Assembly: GCA_050950765.1 (NCBI GenBank)
Contig: JBMNIF010000002.1
Location: 1,056,001-1,120,000, forward strand
From: Bdellovibrionota bacterium
GTDB taxonomy: Bacteria; Bdellovibrionota_C; UBA2361; JAAYZI01
Length of the DNA: 64,000 bases
Direction of reading: 5' to 3'
Shown: positions 1-11,541 of the stretch, piece after piece
Layout of the letters: each line of letters opens with the position of its first letter
How positions within the stretch are numbered: the first letter of the stretch is position 1
The notes under the pieces: model-generated
Told to the model about the DNA's origin: nothing
Databases searched by the model: none
The model's input: only the letters and a program-made list of their open reading frames with translations
Position numbers and translations under genes: made by a program

Positions 1-1515
1 TCACTCTCGATGACGATGAAATATGAGGATGGCTTGGTGGTTAAAGCACCTGGTACTGTGGCGATCTCAGCTATGGCAGAGTGCGAAGATCTTAGAAAAG
101 GTGTTACTCCAGATTTAAAAGGGGTCGAAGGATCTGTTTTAATCTATGTTGACCTCTCTGGAATCGATGATGCTCCTTTAGGTGGAAGTAGCTTTGCACA
201 AACACTCGGCAAGATCGGTGATAAGGCTCCAACGGTTGTTAGTGTCGAAAAATTTAAAGCGGGATTCTCTTACATTCAAGAGCTTATAAAAAATGAGAAG
301 GTTTTAGCAGGACACGATGTCTCTGCCGGTGGTTTACTTGTGGCTGCTTGTGAGATGGCGTTTACGGGCGATCTCGGATTTAAACTTGTACTTAACGGTT
401 CTGCTGAAGAGATCGTCAAAGAGGCTTTCTCTGAAAAGCCTGCTGTAATTATGCAAATTGGAAAAGAGAGCGCTGCTGAGGTCTTGGCACGTTTTAGTGC
501 TCTCGGTATTGCAGCTAAATCGCTAGCTATTGTGGGTGGTGATGAGATCTCTGTTGAGGCTGATAAACTTAGCTTTGATGTATCAGTTGATTCTTTACGG
601 CGAGTTTGGTTTGCACCCTCTGCACTACTTGAGCAATATCAAACTAGGAAAGATAAAGCAGAAGAACGGTATAAGACGTGTGGCACAACGCCGTTACACT
701 ATGAATTCCCCAATAAATTTAGTGGCAAGGCGGCTGATTACGGTGTGGATCTATCGCGAATGAGCACAGGACAACTTAAGGCTGCCATCATTCGAGAAGA
801 GGGGACTAACGGTGATAGAGAGATGGCATTTTCAATGCACGCTGCTGGATTTTGTGTGAAAGATATTATGATGACGGATCTCCTTAGTGGTCGAGAAGAT
901 CTATCAGATCTTTCGTTTATCGTATTCCCTGGAGGTTTTACAAATAGCGATGTGCTAGGTGCGGGAAGGGGTTGGGCAGGTGCTTTTAAATTTAATGATA
1001 GAGCTGCTGAAGCGTTACAACGGTTCTATCAAAGAGAGAATACGTTATCTCTCGGTGTTTGTAATGGTTGTCAATTGATGGTTGCACTAGGGGTCTTGTA
1101 TCCCGAACACAAAAAACAGCCGGAGATGAAGCATAATGATTCGCAGAAGTTTGAAACAGGCTTTGTTAATGTTGTTGTTGAAGAATCAAACTCAGTGCTG
1201 CTGGCGGGTTTGCAAGGGGCTAGGTTAGGAGTTTGGGTAGCGCACGGAGAGGGGAAATTCTATCTTCCGGAAGAGGAGTCTGCTTATAATATCCCGTTAA
1301 AATACGCTTATAGTGAGTATCCTGCTAATCCGAACGGTGCTGGTTTTAGAGCGGCTGGTATCTGTTCCTTAGATGGTCGCCATTTAGCGATGATGCCACA
1401 TCTGGAGCGGAGTATTTTGCCGTGGCAGTGGCCGTACCTTACGAAAAATGATTGGGAAATTACACCTTGGATGTTAGCTTTTGTTAATGCCAGAAATTGG
1501 TTGCAGACACGTTAA
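1..1515 (+). CDS. purL: Phosphoribosylformylglycinamidine synthase (large PurL), C-terminal part; begins before the window
   Basis: HDVSAGG AIRS-C motif; glutaminase motifs PGGF, GVCNGCQ, AHGEG, MMPHLER; frame open to the window edge. Confidence 0.95.
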   Translation, partial: SLSMTMKYEDGLVVKAPGTVAISAMAECEDLRKGVTPDLKGVEGSVLIYVDLSGIDDAPLGGSSFAQTLGKIGDKAPTVVSVEKFKAGFSYIQELIKNEKVLAGHDVSAGGLLVAACEMAFTGDLGFKLVLNGSAEEIVKEAFSEKPAVIMQIGKESAAEVLARFSALGIAAKSLAIVGGDEISVEADKLSFDVSVDSLRRVWFAPSALLEQYQTRKDKAEERYKTCGTTPLHYEFPNKFSGKAADYGVDLSRMSTGQLKAAIIREEGTNGDREMAFSMHAAGFCVKDIMMTDLLSGREDLSDLSFIVFPGGFTNSDVLGAGRGWAGAFKFNDRAAEALQRFYQRENTLSLGVCNGCQLMVALGVLYPEHKKQPEMKHNDSQKFETGFVNVVVEESNSVLLAGLQGARLGVWVAHGEGKFYLPEEESAYNIPLKYAYSEYPANPNGAGFRAAGICSLDGRHLAMMPHLERSILPWQWPYLTKNDWEITPWMLAFVNARNWLQTR

Positions 1516-1586
1516 AGAGATCTCCGTTTCGTGTTTGTTGTCTTTAAATTATATGTACTTTCTTTTTACTCCTTTGTGGTGGTCTT

Positions 1587-3974
1587 ATGAAAAGATTACA
1601 ACTTCTTTTTTGTTTTGTTTTTCTCTTTCCGTCTCTACTTTTAGCGCAAGGTTTGGAAGAGGGCGTTGTAGCTACGCCAACAGTAGAGCCTCAAGTTGTC
1701 TCTAATGCTTCAGAGCTGGCACCGAAATTAAGTGAGTTGACTGATGAGTTCAACGCTTTAACGACGGAGCTCCTGACCTACAAAACTTTTTTAACTGAAT
1801 CGCAAGATAAATTTTTAAAACATAAAGAACATTTTAAAGCCTTAGTCGATCTATATCAGGAAACCTCTAATTTAAAATACATCAACATAGATCGGATTAG
1901 TGAAATAAATGCTAAATTGAAAGATCTTTCGGTGCGATCTGAACAGCAGATAGAGGAATTTACGACTATCATTACTAAATTAGCCACAACTCGAGATAAA
2001 TGGCAGGAAAACGGGGAGAATTGGCAACGTTGGAAGATGGAATTTAAAGCCGATTATAGTGTGGTTAAACAGACTTTTGATACCGTAGATAAACAGGTTA
2101 CGGAAGCGATTTCTGAAATAACAAAGATTGAAAAACCGCTCCTGCAAAAACAATCTGAATTGGTGGCTTTTCAATCAAAGATTAAAGACCTCTTAAAAAA
2201 GATCGCTGTTTTTTTATCAACATATAAAAAAGATATTCTTACTAAAACAGGCGCGTCTTTTTTTAGTTTTGATTTCTGGAAAAACTTTAATTCTGAACTT
2301 TGGCAGGAGAGTACCGATGCTTTTGTCTTGTTAGTGCCGCTAAAAGATAGCATAACGTCAAAACATACTTTAATGTTTGTCTTGCACCTCTTTTTAATAC
2401 TACTCATCTTTTTAACGTTAAAGTACTTACAAAATAAGAGATTAAAGACGGAGAGAGCTAACTTAGGAAAGCTTTTTTCGGTACCCATCTCTACCTCTGT
2501 TTTTGTTAGCACTATCCTAGTTGGTCCTTATTACGGCTTAGACTTACCACCGTTGTTTAAGATCGTATTACTGATTGCTGCTTCAATTTGTGGAGCGCGC
2601 TTAGTTACCGCCTTTATGCAGGTTAAAGAACGCAAAGTTTTTATCGATATTCTGGTAGTAACGTTCGTAATCTCTCAGCTCTGTGTAATTATCAACATCC
2701 CTGAGCCGCTGGTGCGAGTATATATTGCGCTAATTTCACTCTTTATTTTAACCGTTCTAGTGGCTCGCTTACGAGTTCTTGCTAAAGAAGGGGGCGCTTT
2801 CTGGGGGATGGCTTTCATCTCTCTGATGATAGTGCTGATGATAGCAACTCTTACCTCTGAAGCTTTCGGTTATACGCAACTCGCTTCAAAAATTTTCGAT
2901 TCCTCCGTGCGCAGTATCTTTAGTTGCGTTTTAGCTTGGCTACTGGGGGTGCTTATCAAAGAGGGGCTCTTCGTTTTTCTCTCTTATTCGATCTTTGCGC
3001 ACGTTATGATCTGTCGGAAATATTCCAAACATATCTTAAGTAAATTTAATTTATGGATAGATGTTTTCATCTCTTTTATGGCGATTGCTGTCATTCTATT
3101 GGGGTGGAAACTTTTCGATTCGTTAGAAGAAACCGTCTCATATCTATTAAATCTTGCCGTTACGATTAGTGGAGTTCAATTCTCCGTCGGACGAGTGCTC
3201 TTTGCGGTATTCTTATTTGATATGATTATCTTCGGTTCGTGGTTTTTGAGGAAGACCTTAAACGAAGAGGTCTATCCGAAAAAAAACGTACAGATCGGGG
3301 TGCGTGTTTCTATCAATAGAATTATTCAGTACTCCTGCATCTGTCTAGGTGTTGTACTAGGTCTCTCAATTCTCGGTTTTAATTTAAAAAACTTGGCTGT
3401 GGCTTTCGGTGTGCTCGGTGTTGGAATCGGATTCGGATTGCAGAACATAGTTAATAATTTTGCCAGCGGAGTGATCCTTCTTTTTGAGCGTCCTATTAAG
3501 GTTGGTGATGTAGTTGAGGTGGGTGGTTATAAAGGTGAGGTAAAAAAGATAGGCTTAAGAGCTACTATTGTAGAGACGTATGAAAAAGCTGAAGTGATAG
3601 TGCCTAATAGTGATATCGCCTCTTCTAAAGTTGTAAATTGGACGTTGTCCACTCGCAAGGTGCGAACCGTGATTAATGTTGGAGTCTCTTATGATTCTGA
3701 TGTGGAGGAGGTTTCACGCTTATTGTGTGAGATCGCACAAAAGCAACCTGCAGTTGCCACAGATCCGGAGCCTGCCGCTTTCTTCATCTCCTTTGGAGAG
3801 GGCTCCTTAAATTTTGAGCTCCGTTTTTGGTCAAGTATTGATGATGCCTTCGGTTTGCGTAATATAATTAACCGCGAGATCACTAAAACATTTAAGGAAG
3901 CTAAGATTGAGATACCTTTTCCGAAACGTGATGTTAATATTGCGGGGCTACAAGAGTTTTTAAATAAAAAGTAG
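1587..3974 (+). CDS. Large MscS-family mechanosensitive channel (MscK-like architecture)
   Basis: Signal peptide, coiled-coil periplasmic region, many TM helices, GIGFGLQNIVNNFASG...ERPIKVGD...IPFP. Confidence 0.92.
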   Translation: MKRLQLLFCFVFLFPSLLLAQGLEEGVVATPTVEPQVVSNASELAPKLSELTDEFNALTTELLTYKTFLTESQDKFLKHKEHFKALVDLYQETSNLKYINIDRISEINAKLKDLSVRSEQQIEEFTTIITKLATTRDKWQENGENWQRWKMEFKADYSVVKQTFDTVDKQVTEAISEITKIEKPLLQKQSELVAFQSKIKDLLKKIAVFLSTYKKDILTKTGASFFSFDFWKNFNSELWQESTDAFVLLVPLKDSITSKHTLMFVLHLFLILLIFLTLKYLQNKRLKTERANLGKLFSVPISTSVFVSTILVGPYYGLDLPPLFKIVLLIAASICGARLVTAFMQVKERKVFIDILVVTFVISQLCVIINIPEPLVRVYIALISLFILTVLVARLRVLAKEGGAFWGMAFISLMIVLMIATLTSEAFGYTQLASKIFDSSVRSIFSCVLAWLLGVLIKEGLFVFLSYSIFAHVMICRKYSKHILSKFNLWIDVFISFMAIAVILLGWKLFDSLEETVSYLLNLAVTISGVQFSVGRVLFAVFLFDMIIFGSWFLRKTLNEEVYPKKNVQIGVRVSINRIIQYSCICLGVVLGLSILGFNLKNLAVAFGVLGVGIGFGLQNIVNNFASGVILLFERPIKVGDVVEVGGYKGEVKKIGLRATIVETYEKAEVIVPNSDIASSKVVNWTLSTRKVRTVINVGVSYDSDVEEVSRLLCEIAQKQPAVATDPEPAAFFISFGEGSLNFELRFWSSIDDAFGLRNIINREITKTFKEAKIEIPFPKRDVNIAGLQEFLNKK

Positions 3975-4089
3975 CAGGTACAGATGGTAAACTTAAAAAA
4001 ATATTGTGATCTATAAATGGTTGGATTACTGTCTTTCTGATAAATGCGTTGCTAGTAGATCGTTTTTAACGGTGCTTTAGCAGATATAA

Positions 4090-5442
<1,353 letters not shown>

Positions 5443-5457
5443 TTTCTTACATTAAAT

Positions 5458-5499
5458 AAAGCGGGTTCGTGTAAAATAAAAGATACGGATCCGCTTTTT
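5458..5499. terminator. Intrinsic terminator between convergent gdhA and SprT-like gene
   Basis: AAAGCGGGTTCGTGT...ATACGGATCCGCTTTTT hairpin with T tract. Confidence 0.7.
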
Positions 5500-5521
5500 A
5501 TATATTGTTGCCGTGTTATTG

Positions 5522-5629
5522 CCGAATAAAATCAAAAACCAGTTGCATAAAATTACTTTTTCCTTCGTAACAAAAGTGTAGATCCACTTCTAAACATTAC
5601 TACCGAATAAAATCAAAAACCAGTTGCAT
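5522..5629. repeat. 27 bp exact direct repeat (5522-5548 and 5603-5629)
   Basis: CCGAATAAAATCAAAAACCAGTTGCAT occurs twice, 81 bp apart. Confidence 0.9.
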
Positions 5630-6163
5630 TAGGTTAACTTTTCTTTTCTGCTTCCGTTTTGTGTTGTGTTGTTTAAGTAGAAAAACTTGATCTGAATATA
5701 CTCCTTCTCGTTTTAGGCGGAGACGTGCTTGAACCTGTCTAGATCTGTCGCTACGCACAGCGCTTCTCCACCCCCCTTTTTTTATCCACTCTTTTAAGTA
5801 CGGTGTTTGCGGATGTCTCTCTTCCAACTCTTTAAATTCACGACCGTGATATCTGGAAACAGATCTACCTAAGTAGGCGTGACACATCTCATGATAAAGG
5901 AGTGGAGGAAGTAGGTGTTGCAGAGCGGGAGTATTCAGCTCTTTTGCAACCCTGACCTTATTTCGATTAAGGCTACATGAAGCTAGTGTTCGCTTTTGGT
6001 CTCTAGTGCTCCAAACGATCTGATATCCATCAATATCGCTTCTTTCGGGGAAATATTCTTTACGGAGTGTAAGCCAAAGATCGTATAGTAAAGGATCACT
6101 ATTTTTTGCTGCAGTAGATTGAGAGCCGTATGAGTTTGAGGAATTTTTAATTGTATTGACCAT
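5600..6163 (-). CDS. SprT-like zinc metalloprotease domain protein
   Basis: LLYHEMCH (HExxH) followed by HGREF. Confidence 0.75.
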   Translation of the reverse strand: MVNTIKNSSNSYGSQSTAAKNSDPLLYDLWLTLRKEYFPERSDIDGYQIVWSTRDQKRTLASCSLNRNKVRVAKELNTPALQHLLPPLLYHEMCHAYLGRSVSRYHGREFKELEERHPQTPYLKEWIKKGGWRSAVRSDRSRQVQARLRLKREGVYSDQVFLLKQHNTKRKQKRKVNLMQLVFDFIR

Positions 6164-6302
6164 ATTCTTAAGGAGAATAACTGATCTCTTGCAAAGTCGC
6201 TATCTGAAAGTATGTAGTTAACGGTGAGAAAAAATTATTTTTTTGAATTGATTGACTTTTTTATCGGCTTTTATTAGATAGTGCCAATGGTTAAACCGCT
6301 CT

Positions 6303-6378
6303 GCGGGTGTAGCTCAGTTGGTAGAGCGCTTGCTTGCCAAGCAAGAGGTCACGGGTTCGAATCCCGTTACCCGCTCCA
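6303..6378 (+). tRNA. tRNA-Gly(GCC)
   Basis: Cloverleaf, anticodon arm CTTGC-TTGCCAA-GCAAG, GGTTCGAATC, encoded CCA. Confidence 0.97.
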
Positions 6379-6427
6379 TTTTTTTGGGTGTGGTGTTTTA
6401 ACTTCTTCTTCGTATCCGTCAAAACGT

Positions 6428-6503
6428 GCGGGTGTAGCTCAGTTGGTAGAGCACTTGCTTCCCAAGCAAGGGGTCTCGGGTTCGAATCCCGTTACCCGCT
6501 CCA
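6428..6503 (+). tRNA. tRNA-Gly(CCC)
   Basis: Cloverleaf, anticodon arm CTTGC-TTCCCAA-GCAAG, encoded CCA. Confidence 0.97.
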
Positions 6504-6553
6504 AGTTTTCCTTTTATCTATTTTAATATTCAAACTCGTTGTAGTGCGTGGGG

Positions 6554-7714
6554 CTACTTGTAATTTAAATTCTTGGCTGGACTCTGTTCGATGGTGTAAC
6601 GACGTTTATCGTATATTTCTACCATCTGAATGCTGGAGTGGCGTGAAAACTCCTGAACTTCACGGTGACCAATTCCATCTGATAAAAGTTTGGTTATAGC
6701 TGTGGCACGGGCGGAGTGTGGTGTAATAAACATACCCGCTCCTGCTTTGATGCAGTATTTTTTAAAAACTTTATAAAGCCCGTTAGGTGTAAGTTGATTT
6801 TTATCTCCACGTTTTGTGGTACGACCGCGATAACTGATAAATAACGGGTCTGCTGCTTCAGCACCCTCTGCTAGCCGTTGTTCAAGTAGGGCAAAGAGCG
6901 CCTCTGCTGCCCAGTCAGGGATAGTTTGGTCAGCGTCTTTTCTATTTTTTGTTGCTCTGAGACGTAGATAAGTAGTGCCACTCGGTGACTTGCAGATGTC
7001 ACAAAGCTTAAGTGCTGTAACTTCACTTCTACGTAATCCGCCACCAAATAAAAGAGATAAGGCAGCTTTATCTCTAATGCCCTTAGGGGTGTTTAGATCG
7101 GGTTGGTCTAACACGGTCTCCACTAATGAAAAATCTAACATCTCAGTAGGTCGCTTTTGCCCAGATTTAGCAGATGGTGCAGGAACTCTATCTGAATCAA
7201 AAGGATTTATTCTTATCCCTAGTTCTGCTGCAATTAACATCCTGTAAAGGCGGCGTAGAACAGTAAACTTTTTGGCGATAGTGGCGTTTGCTTGTGTTGA
7301 TTGTAGACCATCACGACGTTGCTTAACCTCTTTTATAAGTTGAAGTGCTTTATCTTTGCTTTGAGAGGCGTGATGGCGTGGGCTCTGTCCAGGTTGACGC
7401 TCTAGCCATTTTCTATAAGCCATAGCGTGTAGATCTGAAGCGTTTAAAAAGGCTGTGGCGGCGGCGTTACTCCCAGCAGGTGCGCCAAGAAACTCACACC
7501 ACTCCTTAATGATTCCGATATAAGTGCGTTGAGTGTTTTTTGATTTTAGATCTAAAAAAGCATTGATGCGGATCCAGACAGGGCTAATATCAGAATCGTT
7601 ACTTGAAAGGTGCTCTATGGGGAGTAAGAGAGCTCTATCCGAGTCCTTCTCTTTTGATGAAGACTTGGTGAAGTTGCTTAATGCTTCAGTGTGTAATGAA
7701 TCCCGCATTTTCAT
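6554..7714 (-). CDS. Tyrosine recombinase/integrase (XerC/D-like); start uncertain, ORF open to 7825
   Basis: Catalytic set GLRRSE, K, HSAR, SRHSS, EIYD. Confidence 0.9.
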   Translation of the reverse strand: MKMRDSLHTEALSNFTKSSSKEKDSDRALLLPIEHLSSNDSDISPVWIRINAFLDLKSKNTQRTYIGIIKEWCEFLGAPAGSNAAATAFLNASDLHAMAYRKWLERQPGQSPRHHASQSKDKALQLIKEVKQRRDGLQSTQANATIAKKFTVLRRLYRMLIAAELGIRINPFDSDRVPAPSAKSGQKRPTEMLDFSLVETVLDQPDLNTPKGIRDKAALSLLFGGGLRRSEVTALKLCDICKSPSGTTYLRLRATKNRKDADQTIPDWAAEALFALLEQRLAEGAEAADPLFISYRGRTTKRGDKNQLTPNGLYKVFKKYCIKAGAGMFITPHSARATAITKLLSDGIGHREVQEFSRHSSIQMVEIYDKRRYTIEQSPAKNLNYK

Positions 7715-7754
7715 GGAGATAATTGTAAGAGTGTTGTCGCTCTTGAACAAGTAA

Positions 7755-8357
7755 CTAATTTTTAATCTCAAAAAACACTTCAGACACCCTTTTGCGTAGA
7801 TCCTCAAGCGAGCCGTTATTTTCAATAACGATATCGGCTAGAGCTTCTTTTTCAGAAGAGGGTAGTTGTGAATTAAAACGTGCTAACGCCTCTTCTTGTG
7901 TAGATTTATCACGTTCCTGTATCCGTTTAAGGCAAACTTCTTTTGTTGCTGTAACTACAATAATCTTATCAAAATCTTTTTTTGAATAGCCGACTTCAAA
8001 TAAGAGCGGTGCTACGTAAATTATCGGAACTTTTTTGGAATGAGCTTGAGGAAACGTTGCTAATAATTTTTCCTGATAAAGTCGAGATATTTCAGGGTGA
8101 ATGATGCTCTCAAACCGTTTTAAAAGTAGAGGATCGTTAAAAACTTTTTGAGCAACCGCTTTTCTGTTTAATAATCCTTCAGCATCAAAGACCTCATTAC
8201 CCAGTAAAGCTTTAAGGTCTGGTAAGATTGGGGAGGCGGGGGCTACTGCATCTCTGGCAAGTAGGTCTGCATCTATAATTATACACCCTAAGCTCTCCAA
8301 AATACGAGCGACTACTGATTTTCCCGAACCGATGGTTCCTGTTAGTCCGATTAACAT
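7755..8357 (-). CDS. coaE: Dephospho-CoA kinase
   Basis: IGLTGTIGSGKS, IIDADLLAR, IIHP, PLLFE. Confidence 0.96.
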   Translation of the reverse strand: MLIGLTGTIGSGKSVVARILESLGCIIIDADLLARDAVAPASPILPDLKALLGNEVFDAEGLLNRKAVAQKVFNDPLLLKRFESIIHPEISRLYQEKLLATFPQAHSKKVPIIYVAPLLFEVGYSKKDFDKIIVVTATKEVCLKRIQERDKSTQEEALARFNSQLPSSEKEALADIVIENNGSLEDLRKRVSEVFFEIKN

Positions 8358-8491
8358 TTTTTTTCTCCAGCTATAAGTGTATACTTAGTAGATAGTTTTT
8401 TATAGATATCTGTTACATATAAAAATATTTCATTATTATCTAATTTTGTTTAAAGTGCTAAAGATATCGTAATACATTATGGAGTCTAATC

Positions 8492-9082
8492 ATGGAAGAA
8501 GATCCTAAAAAAAACGGAGATAAGGTTGAAAAGGCAACAGCCGTGCAGGTAGAGAGTGCAGCACCGGCTAAATCAGTACAACAAAAGGTCACGACGAATG
8601 ATAGTAAGCCGCAAAAAGAAGATAGTGAGCCGCTTGTAGATAAAAAAGAGACACCCCCTGTTGCTGATAGTGCAAAGAGTGAGGCTAGTGCCGCTGCGAA
8701 TTCCTCTCAAAAGCGGGCAAAAACGGTGAGTCAGCCCAAAGAGGTTGCAAAAAAGGGTACTAATAGTGTTACTCGTCTTTTACAGGATGCCGTTTCAAAA
8801 AACGGAACGCGAGATAATCTTAGGTTAAAAACTCATTTAACGGGGCGTATTCAGTTGATTGTTTCAGGTGTCGGGAGTTATCTCTTTGATTGGAGAGGAG
8901 ATGATATGGTGCTAACTGAAGCTCAAGATAGTAGTGCGGATTGCACTATTGAGATGAGTGAAGCGGATCTCTTGGCTGCCGCTAACGGAGACTTGAATAT
9001 CCAAATTGCGATGTTGTCGGATAAGGTTAAGCTCTCTGGACAAACAGGAATGGCATTATATCTATTTAATATATTTAGTTAA
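8492..9082 (+). CDS. SCP2 sterol/lipid-binding domain protein with low-complexity N-terminus
   Basis: C-terminal ADCTIEMSEADL...GDLNIQIAMLSDKVKLSG is typical of SCP2. Confidence 0.75.
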   Translation: MEEDPKKNGDKVEKATAVQVESAAPAKSVQQKVTTNDSKPQKEDSEPLVDKKETPPVADSAKSEASAAANSSQKRAKTVSQPKEVAKKGTNSVTRLLQDAVSKNGTRDNLRLKTHLTGRIQLIVSGVGSYLFDWRGDDMVLTEAQDSSADCTIEMSEADLLAAANGDLNIQIAMLSDKVKLSGQTGMALYLFNIFS

Positions 9083-9548
9083 TTTTAGCAGAAATGGTTT
9101 TGAGTGAGCTTCCTGCATAATATTTTTTAAAAACGCACAAAAAAGGGTGGCTTTTAAGTAAAATCAGCAAGTTATTTTACGTTTTTGCTAAAGATAAAAT
9201 ATAGAGAAGTAGCTAAAGGCGACCATTCTTTAGTATCTTGCTATTGAAGAAAATAAGTCTAAATGCTAAAGTCCAGAGCTGTTCTGGGCGGTGTTCGTGG
9301 CATCGCTATGGTCTTCGCGCCTGAAGACAGAGTGCATCTATTCTGTTGGATTCCCATTACATCAGGCTGGTTTTTGGTTGTTTGTTCGTGTTGTCAAAGC
9401 AACAAGGACGACGTGATGGTGTGTGCGCTGATTGAGCATTAGTCGGTAAAAGAAGGGGCGGTTGTAAGAGATTTTTTACAATCTTTTTTATTTAAAACTT
9501 TTCTTCTACTGCCTTTGGAATAAAGATAAGCTGGATATAGAGATAAAG

Positions 9549-10016
9549 ATGTTAAACGCTAACGAGCTGTGGAAAGAATTGAGTCCTATCGTGGGATCAA
9601 TGGGGATGATGTTGTTTGATATCGATATGCCGTCCCCACGTGCTGGGGTGTTGCGTATCTACATCGCGCAAGCAGACGGCTCCGGATCTGGTGTTACTGT
9701 TGATATGTGTGAGGCTGTCAGTAGGAAGATTACATCAGATCGAAAGTTTTCTTGGATTACGGATCAATTTGCGTTCGAAGTCTCTAGCCCCGGTATCAAT
9801 AGGCGATTGCATAGACCGGAACACTTTGAACACGCGGTTGGCGAACGTGTTAAGTTGACCGTAAGTGAGTTTGGAAGATCTGATCAGACCATCACCGGTA
9901 AGATTGTAAAGTGTTGTGATGGTGTATTGGATTTAGTTGTTGAAGGGAGTACGGACGTTAGGTCTATTGCGCTAGACGATGTTCGTAAAGCACATGTTGA
10001 TTTTATATTTGGGTGA
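9549..10016 (+). CDS. rimP: Ribosome maturation factor RimP
   Basis: LRIYI, EVSSPGINRRL; upstream of nusA. Confidence 0.93.
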   Translation: MLNANELWKELSPIVGSMGMMLFDIDMPSPRAGVLRIYIAQADGSGSGVTVDMCEAVSRKITSDRKFSWITDQFAFEVSSPGINRRLHRPEHFEHAVGERVKLTVSEFGRSDQTITGKIVKCCDGVLDLVVEGSTDVRSIALDDVRKAHVDFIFG

Positions 10017-10027
10017 GGTTCTCAGAT

Positions 10028-11521
10028 ATGGCGATTGATTTAAACGCATTACTGGGTCAGATCGGAAGGGATAAAGGTATCGATAAACGTTTGTTGATTG
10101 AAGCCGTTGAGTCCGCAATGCTTTCTGCAGCTAGAAAACATTATGGGCACAACCTCAATCTGGAGGCGCAGTACGATGAGGAGTCTGGAACTATTGAGGT
10201 TCTGCAATTTAAGACAGTCGTTGATCGGGTGGAAGATCCAGGTTTGGAGATCTTGATAGATGATGCGCGTGAGAAATACGATCCCGAGGCGATGATCGGT
10301 GATGAATTCGGAGAGAAGCTTGATACTAATGTGCTTGGCAGGATCGCTGCACAAACAGCCAAACAGGTTATTATTCAAAAAGTTAGAGATGCAGAGCGTG
10401 GAGTGATCTTTGAAGAGTTTAAGAATTCAAAGGGCGAACTGATTAACGGTATCGTTCAACGTTACGATCGTGGCAATGTCTTGGTTAATCTGGGAAGGAC
10501 TGAAGCTATCTTACCGAAGCGGGAGCAGATCCTGAAGGAGCGTTACCGTCAAGGAGATAGGGTGCGTGCCATCATTATTGATATAGATCGTTCTGCAAGG
10601 GGACCGCAGATAGTTTTGTCGCGTAGCCATCCAGATCTTTTAAGGAGGCTTTTTGAGTTAGAAGTTCCGGAGATATCGGAAGGTGTTATTGAATTAAAAG
10701 GTGTTGCTAGAGAGCCTGGAGAGCGTGCCAAGATCGCAGTTTATTCCAGTGATTCAAATATTGATCCTGTCGGAGCTTGTGTTGGTGTAAAGGGTTCTCG
10801 TGTGCATGCGGTTGTGCAGGAATTACGTGGAGAAAAGATAGATATTATTCCGTGGACACCTGATGAACCTTCTTTTGTAGCCAGAGCGCTTTCTCCTGCA
10901 GAGGTGGCGCGCGTGGTTTTGGATGAAGATGAACACTCGATGGAAGTGATCGTTGCTGACGATCAACTCTCTTATGCTATCGGACGTAACGGACAAAATG
11001 TGAAGTTGGCGAGTCGTTTGACCGGCTGGAAGATCGATGTTCGGAGTGTCTCCGTTGCTGAAGAAGAGGCTAAACGGGTTCGTGCCGCTTTGGAAGCTAT
11101 CCCAGGGATTCAGTTTACTCATGCAGAACAACTTTATCAGGAGGGGTATGGTAGTGCTGCTGAAGTTGCGGAAACCAGTGTTGAGGATCTGATGGAGATA
11201 GAGGGCATCTCTCAAACAGTAGCTGAAGATATTATTGAAAAAGCTAAGCAACACGTGGCTGCCATTAGAGAAAGTGGTGGGTCTACTGATCTTGAAGAAA
11301 CGGTTGTTACGGATTTAGATAAGTTGTTTATCAGTTCAGATCTAAAAGCTAAATTATTAGCAGGAGGCTATTCGACTATACAATCGGTGGCTATTGCGAG
11401 TGATGACGATCTGTTCTGTATTGATAGTTTTGATGTTGACGATCTTGAGATGGTAAAGAGTGCAATTGCGACGTTCTTTAATACTCAGGCACCGTTAGGA
11501 GATAAAGACGCAGGAGAGTAG
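10028..11521 (+). CDS. nusA: Transcription factor NusA
   Basis: GRIAAQTAKQVI, AREPGERAKIAV, DPVGACVG, AIGRNGQNVKLA; acidic C-terminal repeats. Confidence 0.98.
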   Translation: MAIDLNALLGQIGRDKGIDKRLLIEAVESAMLSAARKHYGHNLNLEAQYDEESGTIEVLQFKTVVDRVEDPGLEILIDDAREKYDPEAMIGDEFGEKLDTNVLGRIAAQTAKQVIIQKVRDAERGVIFEEFKNSKGELINGIVQRYDRGNVLVNLGRTEAILPKREQILKERYRQGDRVRAIIIDIDRSARGPQIVLSRSHPDLLRRLFELEVPEISEGVIELKGVAREPGERAKIAVYSSDSNIDPVGACVGVKGSRVHAVVQELRGEKIDIIPWTPDEPSFVARALSPAEVARVVLDEDEHSMEVIVADDQLSYAIGRNGQNVKLASRLTGWKIDVRSVSVAEEEAKRVRAALEAIPGIQFTHAEQLYQEGYGSAAEVAETSVEDLMEIEGISQTVAEDIIEKAKQHVAAIRESGGSTDLEETVVTDLDKLFISSDLKAKLLAGGYSTIQSVAIASDDDLFCIDSFDVDDLEMVKSAIATFFNTQAPLGDKDAGE

Positions 11522-11541
11522 TTTTTTATACGCAACGTGTT

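Noticed and set aside
6281..6699. ORFs 6281..6526 and 6334..6699
   Set aside because: They overlap two clear tRNA genes and the recombinase 3' end
6303..9082. Genomic island or prophage at tRNA-Gly
   Set aside because: No att duplication or cargo seen; housekeeping coaE follows immediately
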